Shown here: in pieces, positions 1-13,500 of the stretch
Layout: each line of letters opens with the position of its first letter
Position numbering within the stretch: position 1 is the first letter of the stretch
Position numbers and translations under genes: made by a program
NCBI RefSeq assembly: GCF_000281045.1
Contig: NW_008246118.1
Location: 253,850 to 317,849 of the forward strand
Direction: 5' to 3'
Origin: Saprolegnia diclina VS20
Lineage: Eukaryota
DNA length: 64,000 bases
The notes under the pieces: generated by a model
Told to the model about the DNA's origin: nothing
What the model saw: the letters and a program-made list of their open reading frames with translations, nothing else
Database searches by the model: none

Positions 1-491
1 GGAAGAAGATTGCCAGCTGGTCGATCGCCGCCTGTCAGAGTACACAATATGTCGGTGCACCTTCACACAGCTAAATTAGCTGCCAGCGAACCGCTAGCGC
101 GGAACCGCTGTGGTTGAGCTTGCGCCGAGCAGAGGCGAGGGATTATGTCACGCCGCTAGCGTAAACGATCACGCCAGATGCTTGTTGCATCAACATCAAG
201 AACTTTTATGCGTGTGGACAGGTCCTGTGGACATGTTCGTCATCACGTCGCATGGTGCGACGAGTAGCCCGCCATCCAAGAGTTCAAGAGAAAGAGCGCG
301 TAGAAGAGCGCGGCTTCCTGCTCTAAACCAGTCACTTGGCGCATTCTGACACTCGATGCTCCACGGAGCCTGCGCCAGTCCCACACGTCGGCACGATCGC
401 GTACACAGACGTGCGCGCGCAAGGAAATGACAGGATCCCAGATCTTGGTCGGATCACGTGATCCGCGAGAAAGATGTTTACGCTTATGACG

Positions 492-1874
492 TTAAAGCCA
501 CTCGCTGAGACGCGGCTTGCTGCTGGAAATCGTCGATCCGTCGTCGTCATGGTACGAGTCGAAGCGAAAGTCGTCCATCTCCGTATAGACCAGACGTTGG
601 ACGTCGCGGTCGCGCTGCATTCGCACCGGCACGAGCACGACGGCGGTGATGAGCATGCTCCACGCCATCGCAAGAAGCGCGAGGAGCGCATTGGCGCCGA
701 GCTGCTGCCACGTCGTCCGATCTTGCGCGCCGAGAAGCGCGCTACGCTGCGTGTCCGGAACGACGACGCTGGTCGCGAGTAGGCCAAAGACACCAGCGCC
801 CAAGTGCAGAGCAACGGCGCTGCTGTACTCGCTCGGCACCCGGAGGCGTTGGACAGCCACCGCGGCTTTGGCAACGGCCAAGTAGACGCAAGCGCCAAGA
901 ACGCCCAGTAGCAGCGCAACGTACGGAGGAACCAAGCCTGTCGCGCCCGAGCCAGCGACAAACCCCGCCATCGCGCACACAGAGACGTCGATGGCTGGCA
1001 ACGCCATGACGATCGCGACGAGCCCAACGAGCGAGCCACCTGCCGAGGCCAAGATGGTATCGACTGCGATGCCCACAAGCGTTGGCAGCCAGTTATCGCT
1101 GCGAAGAAAGAGCGTCGCGTGGCCGAGGGCGAGGCCCGGCCACCCGATCCCCGTGATGCCCGACGCGAGGACCGAGAAGGGGTCCGTAGCGTGCACATGG
1201 GCTGTCTGGAGCGTGTCGGGCAAAACAAGCATCGCGGTCAAAACAATGCTGCCAATAGGAATATGCACCGCAGCTAGCCCGCCCATGTCGATCGCGCCAA
1301 GACCGCTCCCGTCGGGGGTGAACCAGCCATGGTCCGCCCACGCGGCGAGCAAAATCGCAGGATACACGACGCCCCCCGCCGCCAATATCAAAACGAGCAG
1401 CAATTGAGACGGCAGCTGCAGGTGTAGTGTTCCGTGCAGCACCGAGATGAGGACGAGGCCTGTTGCAACGTGGAACATCAAGGCGTCGGCGGCCAGAGGA
1501 TCGAGCACCGCCGAGAGCAGCTGCAACACGAGGACGAGGACGGCCACGCCCATGCAAATGACTGTTGCGGGTTCAATCCTTGATGCTGTCTCGAGACCCG
1601 CGGTGTAGAGCGTACTGCGGCGCTCGAAGCTACTGGCGGCGGCGGCCATGGACGCCATGGCATGACCGATGGGCAACAGAAAGACGAGGAAGAGGCTCAT
1701 ATGAAGGGCGACCGTCCGCAGACTGGCGTCGTCAGCGGATGACGTGGCGCGAGCGTGGACGATGGAGGTCCACACAGCTGCCAGGTCGGGCGCGTCGATC
1801 ACGATGGTCTCCATGCCACCGAGTTGTGCCAGCAAAGAAGATCGCGGACGGCTTTGTTGTTCTTTGTACGTCAT
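492..1874 (-). CDS. Divergent ammonium transporter (Amt/Mep/Rh family)-like membrane protein, single exon
   Basis: Many hydrophobic helices. VVYP..AW.DHGW....GAIDMGGLAAVH matches the Amt GxxDFAGGxxVH motif; AVALHLGAGVFGLLAT matches the second conserved-His helix. Confidence 0.75.
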   Translation of the reverse strand: MTYKEQQSRPRSSLLAQLGGMETIVIDAPDLAAVWTSIVHARATSSADDASLRTVALHMSLFLVFLLPIGHAMASMAAAASSFERRSTLYTAGLETASRIEPATVICMGVAVLVLVLQLLSAVLDPLAADALMFHVATGLVLISVLHGTLHLQLPSQLLLVLILAAGGVVYPAILLAAWADHGWFTPDGSGLGAIDMGGLAAVHIPIGSIVLTAMLVLPDTLQTAHVHATDPFSVLASGITGIGWPGLALGHATLFLRSDNWLPTLVGIAVDTILASAGGSLVGLVAIVMALPAIDVSVCAMAGFVAGSGATGLVPPYVALLLGVLGACVYLAVAKAAVAVQRLRVPSEYSSAVALHLGAGVFGLLATSVVVPDTQRSALLGAQDRTTWQQLGANALLALLAMAWSMLITAVVLVPVRMQRDRDVQRLVYTEMDDFRFDSYHDDDGSTISSSKPRLSEWL

Positions 1875-2182
1875 TGTACATTGTACGTGTCCATACTATA
1901 CCTAAGTAAACTCGTACAACTGTACGTACTTTATAGTGTACTATATTCGGCAGACGCCATGCTGAAGAGCCACCGTGGCAACACCTGTAGGCAGCGGTGT
2001 GTGCGAGACCCGACGCCAAGAACCGCACTGCGCAGAGCGTGCAATCCATACGTGCTGGCGAAGAGAAGGTTGTAGTAGAGTAGGCGCGGCAAAAGGAATG
2101 ATCGCGATCATGCTGTGAGTGTGGTGGTATACCTGGCATATGCCGAATCTAAGCATCCCAACCATAAACCAACAGGATCACC

Positions 2183-4972
2183 ATGTCGGGGAAGCGGAAG
2201 GACCGGACGCAGAAGCGGCGCCGAGACGACGACGACGACGATGAGACCGTCGAAGTCGGCGCCGCTCTCTCAGCGTACCAGCAGCGCAAGCAGCAGCAAC
2301 AAGGCCACGGGTCTGGCGACGAAGGCGATGAGCTCGACGAAGACCAGCGCGAGCGCCGAGCGTTCGAGGAGCGCATGCGGCTCAAGGACGAAGATCGCAC
2401 GCGCAAGCGGTCCGGCCAGAAGGAAGAGTCGCTCGACCAGGCCGAGCTGCGCGAGCTCGCGACGCGCGGGTCCGTGGCGGACAAGGTGCGCGACGCTGCG
2501 ATTGAAGCCCGGCGTGCGGCGAGCCGGCGCGAGTTCCTCCGCATGCGCACGGAGAAGATGTCCAAGCTTGTCGACTACGCGGTCAAGGACGACGCGCTCA
2601 TGTTTGGCGACGACGTATCCAAGAAGGAGCTCGAGAAGCGGACGCTCCAGGAGACGATCCTCTCGATCGAGCGGGCCAAGGCGCGGGGCGACACGATTGA
2701 CGCGTACCAGATTCCAGACGCGAGCGACCAGTACGACGCTGACGGCAACCGCGTCAAAAAGACGGTCGAGGACTTTTCGATTGTCGAGCGCGATGACGAA
2801 GGCCCGGTCAAGACGGAGCAAGAGATCTGGGAAGAGACGCAGCTCAAGAACGCGCGGAAGGACGCGCTGTACGGCGCGCAGGACCGGAAGGCCGAAGTCG
2901 AGTATGAGCTTGAGATGGACGACCAGATTGAGTTTATCTCGCAGCAGATGATGGCCGGCCACAACGTCAGCACCGAGGACATCAAAGACGCGCGGAAGCG
3001 GGCCGAGGAGAACCAGCACCTGAGCATGCTCGAGTCGCGCAAGCAGCTGCCGATCTACGCGTACCGCGAAGTGCTTCTCGAAGCCGTGCGTGACCACCAA
3101 GTCATCATCATGGTCGGCGAGACCGGGTCGGGCAAGACTACCCAGGTGCCGCAGTACCTCCACGAAGTCGGCTACTCGGAGATGGGCAAGATCGGGTGCA
3201 CGCAGCCGCGCCGAGTCGCCGCCATGAGCGTCGCCGCCCGCGTCGCCCACGAAATGAACGTCAAGCTCGGCAATGAAGTCGGCTACTCGATCCGTTTCGA
3301 GGACTGCACGTCCGAGAAGACCAAGGTCAAGTACATGACCGACGGTATGCTCCTCCGCGAGTTCCTCACCGAGCCGGACCTCAAGAGCTACAGCTGCCTC
3401 ATCATCGACGAGGCGCACGAGCGCACGCTAAGCACCGACATCCTCTTTGGCCTGATCAAGGACATTTCGCGCTACCGCGAAGACCTCAAGATCATCATTG
3501 CGTCGGCGACGCTCGACGCGGAAAAGTTCTCGGTCTACTTTGACAACGCACCGATCGTCAAGATCCCGGGTCGTATGTTCCCGGTCGACATTCTCTATAC
3601 GCGCGCGCCGGAAGCCGACTACCTCGACGCTGCGATCGTGACGGTGCTGCAGATCCACATTACGCAGCCGCCAGGTGACATTCTCGTCTTCTTGACGGGC
3701 CAAGAAGAGATCGAGACGGCCGAAGAGCTCCTACTGTTTCGAACGCGCGGGCTCGGGTCTCGGATTCGCGAACTCCTGATTCGGCCCATTTACGCCACGC
3801 TGCCGTCCGAGCGGCAGGCCCAAGTGTTTGAGACGACGCCACCCAACACGCGCAAGGTCGTCATTGGTACCAACATTGCCGAGACGTCGCTGACGATTCC
3901 GGGCATTTGCTATGTGATTGACGCCGGCTTTTGCAAGCAGACCAACTACAACCCGCAGACGGGCATGGAGTCGCTCCTCGTGACACCCATCTCGCAGGCC
4001 ATGGCCAACCAACGCGCCGGTCGCGCCGGCCGCACACAGCCCGGCAAGTGCTTTCGCCTCTACACGGCGTGGTCGTACCAGCACGAGCTCGACGAAACGA
4101 CGATTCCTGAGATTCAGCGCACCAACCTCGGGACGGTCGTGCTCTTGATGAAGTCGCTCGGGATCAACGACTTGCTGCACTTTGACTTCATGGACCCGCC
4201 GCCGGAAAAGTCGCTCATTCGAGCACTCGAACAGCTCTACGCGCTCGGCGCGCTCAACGACCGCGGCGAGCTCACCAAGCTCGGGCGCCGCATGGCCGAG
4301 TTCCCGCTCGACCCCATGATGTCCAAGGCGCTCCTGGCCTCGGAGAAGTACGGCGTCTCGGAGGAGGTCATGACCGTCTGCGCGATGCTGAGTGTCAACA
4401 ACACGATCTTCTATCGCCCGAAGGACAAGGCCGTCCACGCCGACAACGCGCGCCTCAACTTTGCGCGTGGCGGCGGCGGTGACCACATCTGCCTCCTCAA
4501 CGTCTACAACCAGTGGGTCGAGACCAACTACTCGACGCAGTGGACGTACGAGAACTTTGTTGTTATGCGCGCGCTCAAGACGGCGCGCGACATCCGCGAG
4601 CAGCTCGCCGGGCTCTGCGACCGCGTCGAGATCGAAAAGACGTCCAACCCGCACAACACCGAGGCGGTGCGGAAGGCGCTCTGCGCGGGCTTCTTCTACA
4701 ACACGGCCAAGCTCGACAACTCGGGCGCGTACAAGACGGTCAAGCAGAAGCACTCGGTGCACATCCACCCGTCGTCGTGCCTCGTCAAGCTCGAGGAGAT
4801 GCCGCGCTGGGTCGTCTTCCACGAGCTCGCGTTCACGTCCAAGGAGTACATGCGCCAGGTCGCGCCCATCAAGGCCGAGTGGCTCACCGAGATCGCACCG
4901 CACTACTACAAGACCAAGGACGTCGAAGACTCGTCGACCAAGAAGATGCCCAAGCTCACGGGTCGAGCCTAA
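2183..4972 (+). CDS. DHX16: DEAH-box pre-mRNA splicing helicase, DHX16/Prp2-like
   Basis: 929 aa ORF with [27 protein letters not shown] and QRAGRAGR motifs, an HA2/OB-like C-terminus and a charged N-terminus ([10 protein letters not shown]) typical of DHX16. Confidence 0.9.
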   Translation: MSGKRKDRTQKRRRDDDDDDETVEVGAALSAYQQRKQQQQGHGSGDEGDELDEDQRERRAFEERMRLKDEDRTRKRSGQKEESLDQAELRELATRGSVADKVRDAAIEARRAASRREFLRMRTEKMSKLVDYAVKDDALMFGDDVSKKELEKRTLQETILSIERAKARGDTIDAYQIPDASDQYDADGNRVKKTVEDFSIVERDDEGPVKTEQEIWEETQLKNARKDALYGAQDRKAEVEYELEMDDQIEFISQQMMAGHNVSTEDIKDARKRAEENQHLSMLESRKQLPIYAYREVLLEAVRDHQVIIMVGETGSGKTTQVPQYLHEVGYSEMGKIGCTQPRRVAAMSVAARVAHEMNVKLGNEVGYSIRFEDCTSEKTKVKYMTDGMLLREFLTEPDLKSYSCLIIDEAHERTLSTDILFGLIKDISRYREDLKIIIASATLDAEKFSVYFDNAPIVKIPGRMFPVDILYTRAPEADYLDAAIVTVLQIHITQPPGDILVFLTGQEEIETAEELLLFRTRGLGSRIRELLIRPIYATLPSERQAQVFETTPPNTRKVVIGTNIAETSLTIPGICYVIDAGFCKQTNYNPQTGMESLLVTPISQAMANQRAGRAGRTQPGKCFRLYTAWSYQHELDETTIPEIQRTNLGTVVLLMKSLGINDLLHFDFMDPPPEKSLIRALEQLYALGALNDRGELTKLGRRMAEFPLDPMMSKALLASEKYGVSEEVMTVCAMLSVNNTIFYRPKDKAVHADNARLNFARGGGGDHICLLNVYNQWVETNYSTQWTYENFVVMRALKTARDIREQLAGLCDRVEIEKTSNPHNTEAVRKALCAGFFYNTAKLDNSGAYKTVKQKHSVHIHPSSCLVKLEEMPRWVVFHELAFTSKEYMRQVAPIKAEWLTEIAPHYYKTKDVEDSSTKKMPKLTGRA

Positions 4973-5495
4973 GATATCCACAAAACGTAATTCAAAGTCA
5001 GTGGACTACGTACTAAAGTTACTACTAGCATCCCGCGTCGATCCGTGAATAGACACTTTACGGTGAGTGAGGCGGGGTAGGGTACCACGGAAATGCTTAT
5101 TTTAATATCATATGCATTATATGCAATACAATACATCTTTAAAATCGTTTCATTGCGTGATTTATCTCTATTTTGACCAATCATGTACGACGTTCGACAC
5201 CTGCCCAGCTCGGTGTCGGCGCCGGACGATGCCAGGATCGGTGAAATTGCGTCGGAAGAAAAGTCGCTCAAACTTTGCTGAGCGATAGAACACACTTTGG
5301 AGGGCCCGGAATGCTACTTCCCGTCGGCGTTCGAGGCCTACAACAGTAGCAATTGAGGCCCACATTTTTCAAAGTGGCAGACGCCACATGTAGCCACAAA
5401 TAACCACATTTTAGTGGTAGACAGCACAAATCACCAATCGAGACGCAGCATCTATGGTTATCGTCTTTAAAAGGGTTATTGCTGCTCAGCGCTGA

Positions 5496-6523
5496 TTACT
5501 CTGCCTTCGGTGCCTTGATTTTGCTGCGGCTGAGCGCCTCGAGGTTCGCGGGACCGCCCCAAAGCTCCTGGAACACGGCGTGCTCGGCGTCCAGCATCTT
5601 GGAGAGCGCAACATCATCCGCGTTGCTGACGACGCGCTTGAGGCTGCGAATGACATCTACAAGCTCCTTAGCCGCTAGAAACACGCAATCAAATGCGTAC
5701 GCGGGTGCTTCGCCGCCAGGGGCGCGAGAAAAGCGAGGGCCGTCGCGTCCATGTCCATCTCATGCGTCGCGACACCATCGGCGAACCCCATGCCCAGCGC
5801 ACGGTCGGCAAAGATGGCTTCGGTGCGGGCGAGGAGCCGCAGCGCTTGCTGTCGCCCCACGAGCTTGACGAGACGCGCAGCGCCACCCCACGCTGCATGA
5901 ACAACCTGAGCCATATCCAAACATACACAAGGCAACGCACCCGGACAAATGCCCATGTTGGCATGAACGAATTGCACCTTGGCGTCGACGCCAAAGAGGC
6001 GAAAGTCGCAGGCTGTCGAAAGCTCGGCGCCGCCACCAATGGCCGCGCCTTCAATGAGCGCGACGCTGATCAGCGGCAGGTTGCGCAGCCGCGTGAGGCT
6101 CGACGTCATGACGCGGCTCATCAACGAGCCGCCGTCGAGCGAGCTCAAGTGCGCTTTCGCGACACGGATGTCGGCGCCGGCGCAAAAGTGACCGCCCGCA
6201 CCGCGAAGTACGACTGACGAGAGCGAAGGCGACTGCGCCTCGAGCTCCGAGATGGCGTCGGCGAACTCGGCCATCATTTTGCCGCTAAAGGCGTTGCGCG
6301 CCGTCGCATTCGAGATCTCGAGCACGGCCGTATGGGGCAAGGACGCCGCCCACGCTGGCAGCGCGCCTGCACAAGCGTCAGGCTGATCTTAGTGCATGAT
6401 CTACTAAGTACCTGGAAGATACAGGCGCACGCAGTCATCGCCGCGTCCGAACGGGCGGAGGCGCTCAATGTCGTGCGGCTGCGCGAGCTTGCTCAAGAAG
6501 CGTCGACGGCCTAGCTGTAGCAT
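5496..6523 (-). CDS. ECHDC1: Crotonase/enoyl-CoA hydratase family protein, ethylmalonyl-CoA decarboxylase (ECHDC1)-like; multi-exon
   Basis: RNAFSGKMM, FCAGAD, AIGGGAEL..ACDFR and WGGAARL motifs. First exon MLQLGRRRFLSKL (ATG at 6523) resembles a mitochondrial presequence. Confidence 0.7.
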
Positions 6524-6960
6524 TTCGTTTCTGCTACGTCAACGGCCATTGGCTTCTTTCGAGCCAATCGGCAGTGAGTATACTATTTCGGCACGACATC
6601 GCGAAATAGTGTCAACCCTCTGCATTGTCCTCCTAAACAGTGATAAAATTGTCTACTTGTCAAGCTGTCACCCGAGGTGCAGCGGTCTATGCAATGTCGA
6701 GGCGACCATTGCTGTTGAGCCATATGGACAATGTGTATCATTTCATCACAGCTGAACAAGACGGATTGTTGAGCCTTCCTGGCCGGTGCCAGCTGTGATA
6801 TCAACTACAAACGTCAACTTGTCCCTCGTAAGCTCTAGAATCACCCCTTCTACATACTAGTAAGCTGCAGTCTGAGCTTTGGTCTCCGGCTTATCATTAT
6901 TGAAGAAAACTTGGTAGCGGCTGCCAAGTCCGCCAAAGTACACAAGCGACCATGTATTTA

Positions 6961-8327
6961 TCAATGCAAGTGGATCGCGTCCGCATGGAGAAAGCTGCTG
7001 TCGTCGTCGTCGCCCATGTCGACGTTCTCGACGTGGTGGATGGCAGTGCTCTCGAGGTAGACGTACCGCTGCAGCTCCTCCTTGGGCATCTCAACGCCTT
7101 GGTCCAGCGACTCGCGCTCAAAATCAAAGTTAAACGGCGCGTGGCACACGGGCTCGTCCGCCTACGTTGGTTGAGTTTGAGTTTGAAAAGGAAAAGGTTC
7201 GTACGGGGTTGTGGAGCTGGGCCAAGTACGGGTGCTCGAGCGCCTGCGTGACCGTGATGCGCTCGTCGGGGCTAAACTTGAGCATGCGCCCGAGGAGGTC
7301 GATCGCGAGCGGGTTGGCGTCCGGGAAGAATTCGAGCAGCGACCTCTACCAATCATGCGTTAGAGACGCCTTTTGTATCAAGTTGATAGTTTCGAGTACC
7401 TTGGGGTAGTAGCCGTGCTGGGTCACGGCCTTCTTGGCGGCCTCGTGCGTCACAAAGCGCATCTCGTCGAGCGTCGGCGACCCGAGCACGCGCACAATCA
7501 TGTGCAGCTGGTCCGAGGGGTCCTTCCCCGTGAAGAACGGGCGCCGGCGGAGCATTTCGGCAAAGATGCAGCCGATCGCCCACATGTCGACGGGGTTGCC
7601 ATAGTTCTGGCAGTCGGTGAGGAGCTCGGGCGCGCGGTACCATCGCGTTACGACGTACTCGGTCAGATCTTCGTTGTGGAGGAGCTCGACGCCACGCGCG
7701 AGGCCAAAGTCGCAGATCGAGAGGTCGCAGTTCGAATTGACGAGCAGGTTCGAGGGCTTCAGGTCGCGATGGAGCACATTCGCCGAGTGGATAAACTTGG
7801 TGCCCCGCAGGATCTGGTAGAGGAAGTACTGAAAGTGCGCATCCGAGAGCGCTTGGGTCGAGCTAATGATGCGCTCCAGATCGCTCTCCATGAGGTCGGT
7901 GACGATGTAAATGTCGTCAAACTTGGTCGTGTCGGGCGGGATCAAGATCACATCGAGAATCTATACCAGCGTGGATCGATGCATATTCACGCGCAGCGAT
8001 GTCGTACGTTGATGATGTTTTCGTGCGTCCCGAGATGGCGAAGGAGCTTCATTTCGCGCAGAATGCGCTTGGCGTCGGTGAGGTCGTCAAAGACATCAGT
8101 GATCTTCTTGATCGCGACCTTGCGCCCGCGCAGCTAGATGGCGCCATGAGCCATCATGGGCGGCCACGATGCGCTCATCGACGTACCGTGTCTTCGGCCG
8201 AGCACACAATGCCATACGAGCCGCCGCCGATCGGGCGCAGGTTGACGTATTGGGCGCGCACCTCGAAGACGTCGCGCGAGACCGTGACGCAGTGGTAGCT
8301 CGGGCCATACCGCGAGGGCTCGACCAT
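6961..8327 (-). CDS. Mitogen-activated protein kinase (TEY type); multi-exon
   Basis: [30 protein letters not shown] and [14 protein letters not shown] motifs joined across short GT-AG introns. Confidence 0.92.
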
Positions 8328-8756
8328 CTGCGCTGCTCGCGGGACCTCGCAAAATGGCGGTTCCAGCGCATGGATCTTTTATTCCATTTTTCCGAGCCCC
8401 GAATCCGATTTTGCATACTGTAGCCAAGTCTAAAATATCGAACCCGCTGCAATTTAAAGAACCACGCATAGATTCCGCGAGGATCGCAAGCCAAGGCGGT
8501 AGCGTCGATAGCCGTCGGCGACGATGGCGAGCTCGCTGCCAAAATGATCCTCTTGGTGCGGTACCCCCATAGTAGGAGTGGGCTAGAGCAGGCTGACGTC
8601 GCGATGGACAACGGCTAGCGTGGCAGGGACACGAAGACCGGGTCGCAGGCGTCGCTGGCGGGGTAGCAAGGGGAAGACGACAAGGCTATAGATTACAGTT
8701 GCAACAGCATGTACATACGCTACACAGACATGAAGACGGCGAGACGATGGAGGCGA

Positions 8757-9599
8757 TCACGCGACGGCGGGCAGGAGCTGGCTCTTGGAGAGCCGCTTGA
8801 CGCTGAGCACGCGGTGGGCCTTGGCCGTCCACGACGTTTTGCGCTTGAGAGCCGGCGCGTACCTCGGATCTGCCTCGTCGTCGTCGTCGGACGCGACGCT
8901 CGCGGTCATGCTCGTCTCGGCTTCGTCCGACGCGGCGCGCTTGAGGACGAGGATCGGCGCTGGCTCTTCCACGATGGTCGCTAACGTACCGCACTGAATG
9001 ACGCAGGCGCGGTCGCGGCGCGGTAGTTGGTGCTGCGGGACCGTCTTCTGCACGTGGTACATATTGATGTGGAGCACGTGGAGGCGGCTGCCGAGGAAGC
9101 CCTTGAAGATCGCAAAGCCCATGTAGCTCACGTCGTGGTGGATGAAGTACTCGGGGTACAGCAGAATGTCGTGGATGGCGCGCATGAGCGCAAGGAACGC
9201 AGCCTCGCGGGCTCGAAGCGTCGCCTTGCGCGGAAAGGCCTGCTTCTTCGGGAATGGCAGGGCCATCATGCGGTTGAAGGCTTTCGGGACGACCTCGACA
9301 AAGCCCCGAAAGTGGCACAAGAGCTTCTCGCGGAAGAGCGCAAAGTCCGAGTAGCGCCGGTACACAACCCAGGACCGGCCCGAGATGGCGTTCTGCGACT
9401 GCACGGCGTAGCACGTGCTCTGCTCGTCGGCGAGATCGGCGACTTGGACGCGGCAGACCGAGAGCGCGAAGGGGTCCATGGCCGCCTCAATGCCGCCGCG
9501 CGTGACGACCTTGGTGCCAAGCACACCGCGCGTCACTGGCGTCGTCTTCATCATGCTGGCGAAATCACCAAGTGAGGGCGATGGCCATCTCGTGGCCAC
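8757..9599 (-). CDS. PX (Phox homology) domain protein
   Basis: CYAVQ...WVVYRRYSDFALFREKL...LPFPKK...LRAREAAF follows the PX consensus (RRYSDF, proline loop, conserved Arg). Confidence 0.75.
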   Translation of the reverse strand: MATRWPSPSLGDFASMMKTTPVTRGVLGTKVVTRGGIEAAMDPFALSVCRVQVADLADEQSTCYAVQSQNAISGRSWVVYRRYSDFALFREKLLCHFRGFVEVVPKAFNRMMALPFPKKQAFPRKATLRAREAAFLALMRAIHDILLYPEYFIHHDVSYMGFAIFKGFLGSRLHVLHINMYHVQKTVPQHQLPRRDRACVIQCGTLATIVEEPAPILVLKRAASDEAETSMTASVASDDDDEADPRYAPALKRKTSWTAKAHRVLSVKRLSKSQLLPAVA

Positions 9600-10513
9600 G
9601 GGAGAGGCGGTGTCGCAGCCGGTGCTGGATATCTGGGCTTGTATATATCGCTCTGCGAATTTGTATCACGCCATCCAGGTGACCGTCAAACCTCTGCGCA
9701 AGTGCGCTTCAACAGCGAGTCTCGAGCTCACAAGCTCACGAGCGACGAAGCCAGCGATAGTGACGAGCTCTTCGGCTGCCATCGCCAGCGTCACGAATGC
9801 ACCGCTGGACGGCCAGTCCATACACTGTAATTTATTGCGGTGCGACCAGGGGTTCGAAGAGCGAGTCGGCTGCGACGAGCGAGTGGGATCGGTACTGAAC
9901 AACTGACTGACTGAACAGCTTGAAGAAGATCTCAATCCATCCGTCCACCAGAGGTGCCGCGTGCACAATGCTGCGAGTGCATGAGCGAGGTCGAGTGATC
10001 GCCTGTCCACTAGGCCGAGTATGTATATGTCGAGTCAACAACTAAACGACTACATGTCCAACTAAATACCCGGTGAGATGGACGCCACGTCGGCCGCGTC
10101 GGACACGCGCCGACGGGCCGGTGACGCTCTTGCCGGAAGATCCGTGGACGCAGCTGGCCGGATGGACACTAGAATCACGCCCCTTACGGTGCCAGTGACG
10201 GATACACGGTGGATTCAAGCCAGGTTTAAAGAAAGAACTATGCGACACATGAACTGACGCAGTCTTGGTTCGGCTCGACAAAGCTTTGGTGGAATGCGTG
10301 GTGCAGCAAACAGTCGATTGCATAGCCTGGTGCGTGGCCCTCGCATTGATTATGACAGGTTATTGCGTTGGTTTAGTCAATCGAGATACATATAACCGGG
10401 TGGATTCTACATACTACAAAGTATTAAAATACGCGGTTATTCGATATGAAAGGAAGTATCTAAATCGAATGTGACAGGTTGTGGCATCCGTGGGAATCCG
10501 ACGACAACGAGAC

Positions 10514-13500
10514 ATGGACGCTCCCCGCGACAATGCGGGCAGCCATCGCAAGCCGCGCCGAGGGCGACGCGGCAAGCCGCCAGCTGCGCCGGCTCCGACG
10601 CGGCCGGATCTGCATGCTGGCCAAGATGACGCCACGACCGTCGCATCGACGCAGCTCACGAGCGCCGTTCGCCGACGGGACATCAGCGTGATTGCCGCCA
10701 TCTTGACGGTCGACCCAGAGCTAGCCAACAGTCGCGACGAGAGCGGCCGAACCGCACTGACCACCCTGTGCGCCAACGCCGGCGCCTACGACGTCTGCAA
10801 CATTGCCGACGTGCTGCTGTCCCGCGGCGCACTGATCAACTGCAACGACGGACGCCAGGACGGGCCGCTGCACCTCGCGAGCTGCGGGACGAACGCAGCG
10901 CTTCTGACAAAGCTGCTCGAAGCCGCCAAGGCGCAGGAGGCGCCGACGCCCCACTACGGCGATCTGCTTCTCGCCGCACTCTTTGCGCTTGCCGAGGCCA
11001 GTCCGCTCCAGAAGATGACGCGGCCCACAAAGAAGAAGACCAACGAGTGCCAGCTGGATGCGAAGGGTCCCATGGAGGCGCTGGTCGATTTAGAAGCAAA
11101 GCATTGGCCTGTGATCCAAGTGCTCGTCGAGGCATCCGAGCGCGATACGCGGGTGCCGCCCGACGCTCTCTGGGCGACGCTCGCGACGCACCAGACCACC
11201 GCGCTGCATGTAGCCTGTCGCGAGCTGCTGCCGACGGTCGTATCGCTCCTCCTCTCGCACTCGTTCTTGCCGTCTGTGCTTGACGCGCGCAACGTCTCGG
11301 CCGTCCATGCACTCGAAGACACGCTCTTGAAGGTGCAGTCAGCGCTGGCGCCAACGAAAAAGAAGCCATCGGGCCTCGACGCACTGCCCACCCACGTCGA
11401 CACGCGTGCGTCATCCTTCGCGGAGCTCGTCGTCGGCTCACGCTTCTCCGTAGAATTGGGCATGCGCACTGTTGGCGTCCTCGGTGCATTTGGTGAGAAG
11501 GTCGGGTACGACAAGCTCTTCCAGCACGCGGGCCCATACGCGGTGCACTCGCGCTGGGCCAAGAACTTCCTCGTGGCCGCCAAGGGCATTGAGTACCTCT
11601 ACGCCAAGGTACGTTTCCGTGTCGCTTGTGAATTCTATGCGGGCGTAGCTGGCGACGGAGGTGACACCGCGGGCGATGCTGCCGTTCCTCTCGCACGTCG
11701 GCGGGCTCCACCGGCTCACAAAGCAGCCGGCGTCACCGTTTGCGACCTGGGCGTGGCGCCAAGCGCTGCAAGATCAACGTCATCTCTTCAAGAAGGCTTC
11801 GCTCTATGGGTATGTGGCTGCTATGGACGCTCGATGCCACGCAGAGTCGTAGGCATCTGCTGGCGCAGCTCCTCCACACCGACACGTCGGCGTCGGTTCT
11901 GCATACGTGGACCTTTGTGCTCCAAGATATGGTCGCCGCGTCCACGTTGTCTCGGTTCCTAAAGGACCTCACGGCCGTGATCCTCCAGAGTGGTACGTTC
12001 CTGCTGGAGCATGTCGTCGTCGGTTCGAAGATGGTGTAGCAATGACCTTGATCTTTCAGCTTCAGACAGAAGCATACGAGCTGGATGAGACCGAGCTCAT
12101 GCGGCTCGTGCTGGCCCGCTTTGAGATGCTTCTCGTGCTTGGAAGTGCCAACCCCGAGCTAGCAACCTTGCTCAAGCCGCTCGACGTGCTGCAGCAGCTG
12201 CTCACCCACGTGCTTCTCGCGGTGCGCCACGTCCAAGACTACCCCGAGCGCTTCCTTGGCGCTCTGTACCTTGTTCAGCTACAGCAGCAAGTGCGTGCGA
12301 CAGATGCGTCCACGCTCCGAGAGGTATGCACGGTGGACATGAAGCGAGTCGGCAGCTGATGCTCTCATGACGAGATGGCGGCAACGCACGGGCGCAAGGC
12401 CAATCGACCCGGTAGCTTTCTCAAGCGTATGGCCGAGTCGCTGCCGCTGCCGGCGCTGTTCTTGTCATGGCTCACACCATTTCGACGCCCCCTCAACGTT
12501 CTATTGATGTGCGTCACCGTGGCAAGCCGGAGCTCGGAGAATGACATGCGCGTAGGTCCGAGGCGGCCCTCCTGCGCCAGTATGTGCACCGGGAGGCGTG
12601 GCACCTCGTGGACCTGGAGACCAAGGTTGCGTACTTTGGCGCCGACGCCAGTGCCCGGGGCACAGACCTCCGTATTCACGTCAACCGCCAGACACCACAA
12701 GGACTCGTCACCGAGTTCATCGTGCAGCAAGTACCCTTCGCTTCCTGCCACAGCGTCGACAACACGACGCTTCTTGTAGGTGCTGTCGACACCGGTGAGG
12801 CACCTCTGGGGCGACATGACCGTCGAGTTCACGCACGAGCCCGGCGCCGGCGTCGGTCCGCTGCGGTACCAATGTGCTTGCGTCCTCGAAGCCGCTGATG
12901 TCATTGTTGCAGAGAGTTTTTCGAGCTCGTGCGCCGGGCCTTTCTCGATCCGCAGGTCGATCTGTCGCCCGATGGCCGCGTCGAAGCGTCGGCCACGCAA
13001 CACATTGGCTCCGCGTGGCTGCGCTTGGCCCGGAGAGACGCCAGCTCGGATGCAGCGCCGCGCTCGCTTCCAACGCCACTGACGGCGTGGTTCCCTCTGG
13101 TCGCGTACATGGGCAGCTCGTCCCTACTGCGCATCGCGCCGCGGCCAAAACGCACGCTGTCGCCGCCCAAAGACGTCGGCAACCATGTGCTCCAAGTGGC
13201 CTTTGCGTCGATCGAAGCGATGGCCAAGGGCAGCGATGTGTACAAGCTGTACCGGTGCCTCGGCCGGCTCTTCGGGCTCGCCGTTCGACACGGCATCGTC
13301 CTCGGCGCGCGGTTCCCGCTCGTGTTTTGGCAAGTGCTGATGGAGGCGCCGACGGTGCAGTGGACCGACCTCGTGTCGGACGACCCGGCGCTGCGCCGTA
13401 GCCTCGAAGCGACGCTGGCCCACGACTTTGCCACGCCGTGGGATCTCACATTTGAGATGTGCGACCACGTCGAGTACAACGGTGCAATGTTGACGGCGCA

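Noticed and set aside
2270..4981. Long antisense ORFs (382 and 416 aa) opposite DHX16
   Set aside because: Expected shadow of strong GC3 codon bias; no recognisable motifs.
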